A stretch of DNA of 64,000 nt, taken from NCBI RefSeq assembly GCF_009914755.1, contig NC_060929.1. One strand, given 5' to 3'. Both the position numbers and the translations under genes were made by a program. Below, piece by piece: positions 58,270 to 64,000 of the stretch. Within the stretch, counting starts at the first letter, position 1. Each line of letters starts with the position of its first letter. A model generated the notes under the pieces. It was not told the DNA's origin. It made no database searches and worked only from the letters and a program-made list of their open reading frames with translations. Source of the DNA: the human T2T-CHM13v2.0 reference genome, Homo sapiens.

Positions 58270-58630
58270 TAAGTGCTGACTGTGCTACAACATGCATGAA
58301 CCTGAAAAACATGATATTATGCCACACACAAAGGGACAAATATTGCCTATGAATTATCTAGAATAGGCAAACTCATGGAGATGGGGAATGGATTAGAATT
58401 ATGAGGGACTCTTTTAGAATTATCCAGAGCTCCATCCAAGGGAGAGGGGAATGGGAAGGTACAATGTGTACAGCTAGCTATAGGTTTGTGGTGATGACGA
58501 AGTTTTGGACATAGGCAATGGTGATGGCTGACAGCATTGTGAATGTAATCAATACCATTGAATTGTACACTCAAAATAATTAAAATGGAAAATTTTCTGC
58601 TACATAAATTTTAACACAATACAAAAAGAA
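58270..58630 (+). mobile_element. L1MB/MA 3' fragment
   Basis: tgctacaacatgcatgaacctgaaaaacat...acacaaagggacaaatattg...cattgaattgtacactcaaaa...ttttaacacaat. Confidence 0.8.
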
Positions 58631-59831
58631 AAAGTCAGAAAGAAGTCCTTTTGGAGGTGAGTGGGTGCTCCTAGTCACACTCAGAGATAGGGAGGGCTCA
58701 CTCTTCCTGTGTTTGAGGAGATCCTGGGACTGGCAGTACATCCTGTGTGTATATGTAGAGGCAGATATGTCCTAACAGGACAGCCTTTTCTACTCTGTGT
58801 CTTGAAGTTTCACAGGAATCAGGATGCATATGTGGTCCCAATTCTGTGTCTGTGCCAGCTGTTCCTGTAGCTTTCTTCTTGAGGGGTCCAGAGCACTTCA
58901 GCATGGAGTTTGCCACAACGGCCTCTCCTCTGTCTGGATTGCTGAATTCCTGTTGAGCTTCCTGGGGAATTTGAGAGTAGAGGGTGGGACTTGGCTATGG
59001 CCGAATTAGGCTACTTGGAAATCGGAGGGGAACAAGTATGCAACCTAAAACATTCTGTAGGTCATTTGTAGTTCACTTGCAGTCAGATAAAATCATCATT
59101 AGATTAAAAAATGTGACTTCATTTATGTAACTTTTTTGACAAGATATTTATTTTAGGTAAATAAAGCTTACCTCTACAAGAGTCAAAGCTCTTTTTGCTT
59201 AAGCTTATTTTTTAAATGGAAATCAAACATGTTGTATATACCCTTTTTGAAATGTATCATACATAATTTAAACGCTTCCTGATGATTCACGGTATCTATT
59301 TTTATTTTTTATGTAATACATTTTTTTCCTATACACCTTTCTGTCATGCTGTTATTGCTGTCATTTTAACTGCCCCTAATTCATTCTTTGATGTTTCTGT
59401 GCTATGGTTTAGGATGCTAAATAAAGAGACTCATTAAGAATTATATATTAAATAAGAGCAAATAGTTATGGAGTCATTGCTTGGTTTTACAACCGGGCTT
59501 TGGGCCAGATATGTGGGGTGTCCAGAAACCAAGTTCAAGGTTCTGGAAGAGTGGGCTAAGGACACTGGAAATTTGGCTTTTGATATGTCACTATATATCT
59601 TTTTTTTCAAACCGCAAATAGCTCTCTGCAAACAGGGCCAGTGCTCAACTGTGCACCAGTTAGAAAAGTCAAGTAGTAGGCTTAAATTATTTTTATGTGT
59701 CTGGCCAGGGTATAAATAGTTTAAGAGTTTAGAATTAATACAAAATGGATTTAAGATTTAAAATTTTTAACTCCCTTATTCTTTGTTATATGGTCACTGG
59801 CCGTGACTATTCTTTTCATCCTCTGGGCTTC

Positions 59832-60137
<306 letters not shown>

Positions 60138-60388
60138 TCTGGCCTCCCTTTCTAATGGGTCTTGTGATAGAGGCTTTTGTCCCCACAGCCTACTTGCCAT
60201 TGTTGTTCTGACTATTCCTGGGAGAAAGTGGGTGGAGGGTTCAGGTCACATCTAGTCTTGGCTAGTTAGTACATAGATTGTTTTAAACGTCTTTGAATGG
60301 CCTTCAAAACTGCACAATTTGAGCCTGTTTTTCCAGTCTTAATCTGCCACTCACTCTCCTCCCCAAGATATTCCAAGGTCGGGGTAGT

Positions 60389-60462
60389 TAGGGTTGCCAG
60401 ATGCTTATATTAAAAAATTATTTGTTGTTGATCTGAAATTCAAATGTCACCGGGCAACCCTA
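60389..60462. mobile_element. Internally deleted MER53-like hAT MITE (74 bp)
   Basis: Perfect 10-bp terminal inverted repeats TAGGGTTGCC (60389-60398) / GGCAACCCTA (60453-60462); interior aaaaaattatttgttgttgatctgaaattcaaat. Confidence 0.75.
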
Positions 60463-61583
60463 CCACTAGTGTTGATGACCACAGGAGGGAGGAGAGACTA
60501 GAGTTTGATTCTTGCCTTCTGTATGCCAGGCATGGTCATATCAGTCATATTAATTTCATTATCTCATTTAATCAGAATCACATCCAATCCCAGACCTTCT
60601 GAATCAGTGCTAGGTGTGGAGCCTGGGAAATTGTGTGTATGTCTTATGAGCATTCCAAGTGATTCCTATTCAAAGGGAGTTACAGAAACACCATGACCTA
60701 GACCAGTGCCCCCCAGACATCATGCAGATGCAGGTCACCTGAGGTTAGAGCTGAAGTGCAGGTTTCGATACTGCAGACCTGGAGTGGGGCCTCAGGTTCT
60801 GCATGCCAACAACCTCCCACGAGACGCTGAGGCTGCTGGTTGTGAATCCCACTTGGAGTGGTGCTGTCCTGAGCCTCCCAGCCAAGAAGCAGCAGCACCC
60901 CCAGCAGTTGTGATAATGAAGATTATAAATGATACTATGTTTTTAAATAATCAGAGGTGGGGATATAAGTGGAAGTATTTGGCTTATTCACCAATATACA
61001 GTAACATCTATGTATGAAGGGTGAAGTTTTGTGTGCCATTTTTTAGGAAACTTTTTTTTTTCCAAAAAGTAAATGTCTTACCCGCAGCTGAGGGATGCAC
61101 ATTTTTTTCCTCCACTAAGTGGATATTGGCTTATTTATGCTGGTCTTTCTTTCTTATACACAGTGGGGGGACATCTGTCCCTAATCACATTTACAGCTTC
61201 AAATCCCAGAATGGACTCCAGATGTGCAGGGCACAGTGTGACTTGGCTTTATGGAAATAGTTTCTCAGTGCCAGAGTCATGGTGATAGAGTTATAATGTG
61301 ACTCCTTCCATTTTCTTCCCTCCTAGCTGCATGAAATTAAATGGTTTTATTGAGAGTAGCTTAGTTTACTCAGCAGAATCTAGTTAGATCAGAAATATTT
61401 AAGGTACAACTGTGTCAAAGAACTGATGGAAAATCGAAAGAGTTAATCAAACTGCTCACAAGGACAAAAGAAAGTCCTGCTGCACGATCACTTTAGCCAT
61501 AAACATGCACACTCAAATGAAGGCAGATTATGTAGGTGACAGGTGGTCAGCTTCTCAGTCCCTTTATCTGTTGATTTAATATC

Positions 61584-61860
61584 TTTTTTTTTTTTTTTTG
61601 AGACAGACTCTTGCTCTGTCTGCAGGCTGGTGACAACCTGCAACTTCTGCCTCTCGGGTTCAAGTGATCCTCCTGCCTCAGCCTCCCAAGTAGCTGAGAC
61701 TACAGGTGTGTGCCACCACGCCCAGCTAATTTTTGTATTTTTAGTAGAGATGGGGTTTCACCATGTTGGCCAGGATGGTCTCAATCTCTCGACCTCATGA
61801 TCCGCCCACCTTGGCCTCCCAAAATGCTGGGATTACAGGCGCGAGCCACGGCACCCAGCC
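61584..61860 (-). mobile_element. AluS element with internal deletion
   Basis: Antisense Alu; about 20 nt of the right arm replaced by tgacaac near 61630. Confidence 0.92.
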
Positions 61861-62011
61861 TCTGTTTATTTTTCTAATTTGTAGTTATGAGATGAGCAGA
61901 GGTTAGATTGGAGATGTCTTTGTGGAATATCACCTTTCAAAATTTAGCAGTTCTCACACAGAAAGCACACCAGCAGTGGCCCAACTATTCGTCTGTTTAT
62001 TCATCAAATTC

Positions 62012-62322
62012 TTTTTTTTTTTTTTTTTTTTTTTTTTTGAGACCAGGTGTCACTCTGTTGCCCAGGCTGGAGTGCAGTGGCACAATCATGGCTCACTGCA
62101 GTTTCAACCTCCTGGGCTCAAGTGATCCTCCCACCTCAGCCTCCTGAGTAGCTGGGACCACAGATGTGCACTAACACGCTTGGCTAATTTTTTTATTTTT
62201 TTGTGGAGATGGGGGCCTCTCTTTGTTGTCCATGTTGGTCTTGAACTCCGAGCCTCAAGTGATCCTCCCACCTTGGCCTCACAAAGTGTTGGCATTACAG
62301 GCTTGAAACATGGCACTCAGCC
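62012..62322 (-). mobile_element. AluJ element
   Basis: T27 tail, AluJ diagnostics; TSD attcatcaaattctt (61999-62013) / attcaccagattctt (62324-62338). Confidence 0.92.
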
Positions 62323-64000
62323 CATTCACCAGATTCTTACCTAGTCGGTGCAAGCCACTGTAATCTGTTGTATGGCAAATACAAAGATCAACCAGATACA
62401 AACTATCTGCAAAAGTCACTTGTCATCAGAATGACACAGGAAGCAAAGGACTGAGAGATTCATTCTGTTTGAAGGAGGAGTGGATTTTTAAAAAAGGCTT
62501 TCAGGAGACTGTGGTATTTGAGCCAGGCTTCAAGTTGTGGATAGAATTTGGACTTGCAGAGATGGAGCTGGGTAAATGGTGTTTCTGAAAGACAGAACAA
62601 ACTGAGCAAAGGCACAAAGGCATGGAAATCTTGGATGGAGTATTGTGAATAGATTACAGTTCCAGTTTGTCGAAGTGTAGCATGCTTACAGGGAAGCAAT
62701 TGGAAACGTGGGTGGGACCTACCTGTTGTTGGAGAGCTTGAAATGAATTCATTTTGGTGCCAATGGGGAGTGGTTGACGTGTGAGCAGCAGAAGAGTGAC
62801 ATGGTGAAATGTCATTTGGGAGACTGCTGTGTGTGGAATGGATTGGACAGGCACAAACTTGAGATGGGAATCAGCTGAGACACATCTGAAATAGTCTAGC
62901 CTTCAGGTGATGAGGGCCTTGTTGTGAGTGATGGAGGGGAGAAGGTGTTTATGGGCAAATTCCTGAACCTTAACAACCATGAGCTATGGGTGCAGGGAGG
63001 AGGGCCATGTCATATGGTACTGGGACCTCCAGACCAGGCGTTATGCCTTAATACGAGAGTTCTGAGGTTGGCGGGGAGGTGGGAGAGCCCACTTGTAGGA
63101 AGGAAGATGTGTTTGGTTATCCTGAACTGTAACAGCAAGAATTGAGTGTGTCTTCTTCACACAGTGCCCTTAGCAGAGCCTGGGTGGCAAGTGGTGCCAC
63201 CCAGTGAATCTTTGTTGAGGTTGAGATGCCAGCCAAGCTGCTAAGAGGAAGCTGTCCAGGAAGGCGGTTGGAAATGGCTCCTGGGGCCTCACGGGGAAGC
63301 TAGCCCTAGAGATGGAACTTGGGCAATCTTGGAATAGTGTAACAGAGCCCTCAGGAAAGAGAAAGCTACAGACGGAGCTTTAGTGATGCCTTAGGGGGTG
63401 AGAGAAGTCCTAAAATAAATGGTTTGAATGTAGGGAAAGTCTCAGTTGCCTGGAGGCCAAGAACAAAAAGGATTTCAGGAAGGAGCAAGTGGGCACAATA
63501 GATGAGTGCTTCTGAGGGGACGGGGCTGAGAAAAGGACACAGGCAGTGGCCATGAGAAAGCTGTTCTGGAGGGTGGCAGGGACAGATGTCAGATGAACTG
63601 CTCGATTTGGTTTTAATGTAGATTTTTAAAGGGAAGGAAACAAGTCAGTGTTTAAACATTGGTTACAAGGTACTTTGATATATTTTTTAGATAACGCTTC
63701 TAATAACAAAAGTATACTATAGACTAGAGCAGCTGAAAAAATATTAGTCATCTTCTGCAAGGGAAAATTTCCATCTTTGTAGCCATTTGGGTCATTAAGT
63801 GCCAGTAATCACATCCAGGGTATGTATATATAGGAGATACGTTGGCAAAATAGGAGAGGACTGGGTCAGCTGCTGCTATCTCATTTTATTTATTTTTCCA
63901 AATTGAAAACTGTGTCAGTTACAAGTACCTCTGGATTAAAAATAAAATGAACTTTGCTGAAATGTTAACATGTGGATAGTCAAATAGCAATTATAATGTG

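Overview
Human (primate) genomic DNA: AT-rich, dense in Alu, L1, L2, MIR and LTR repeats, with no CpG island. The only host coding sequence is the first coding exon of SV2C (synaptic vesicle glycoprotein 2C) on the + strand: exon 43034-43714, ATG at 43135, 580 coding nt ending in a phase-1 GT donor. The rest of the window appears to be the two flanking introns; neither the promoter/first exon nor the next coding exon was found. All other long ORFs come from L1 ORF2 or Alu, or are chance ORFs. I found no new biological system. The most informative features are retrotransposition records: (1) a 3.4-kb L1PA with a twin-priming 5' inversion, a perfect 16-bp TSD and a probable short 3' transduction, nested in a hAT DNA transposon; (2) a 76-bp 5'-truncated human-specific AluYb8/9 insertion; (3) a polyadenylated 5S rRNA retropseudogene; (4) a FAM fossil Alu monomer; (5) a MER41A-type solo LTR lacking the STAT1 sites. 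There is also an 8-codon uORF in the SV2C 5'UTR. Repeat subfamily calls were made by eye from remembered consensus sequences and need RepeatMasker/Dfam confirmation.
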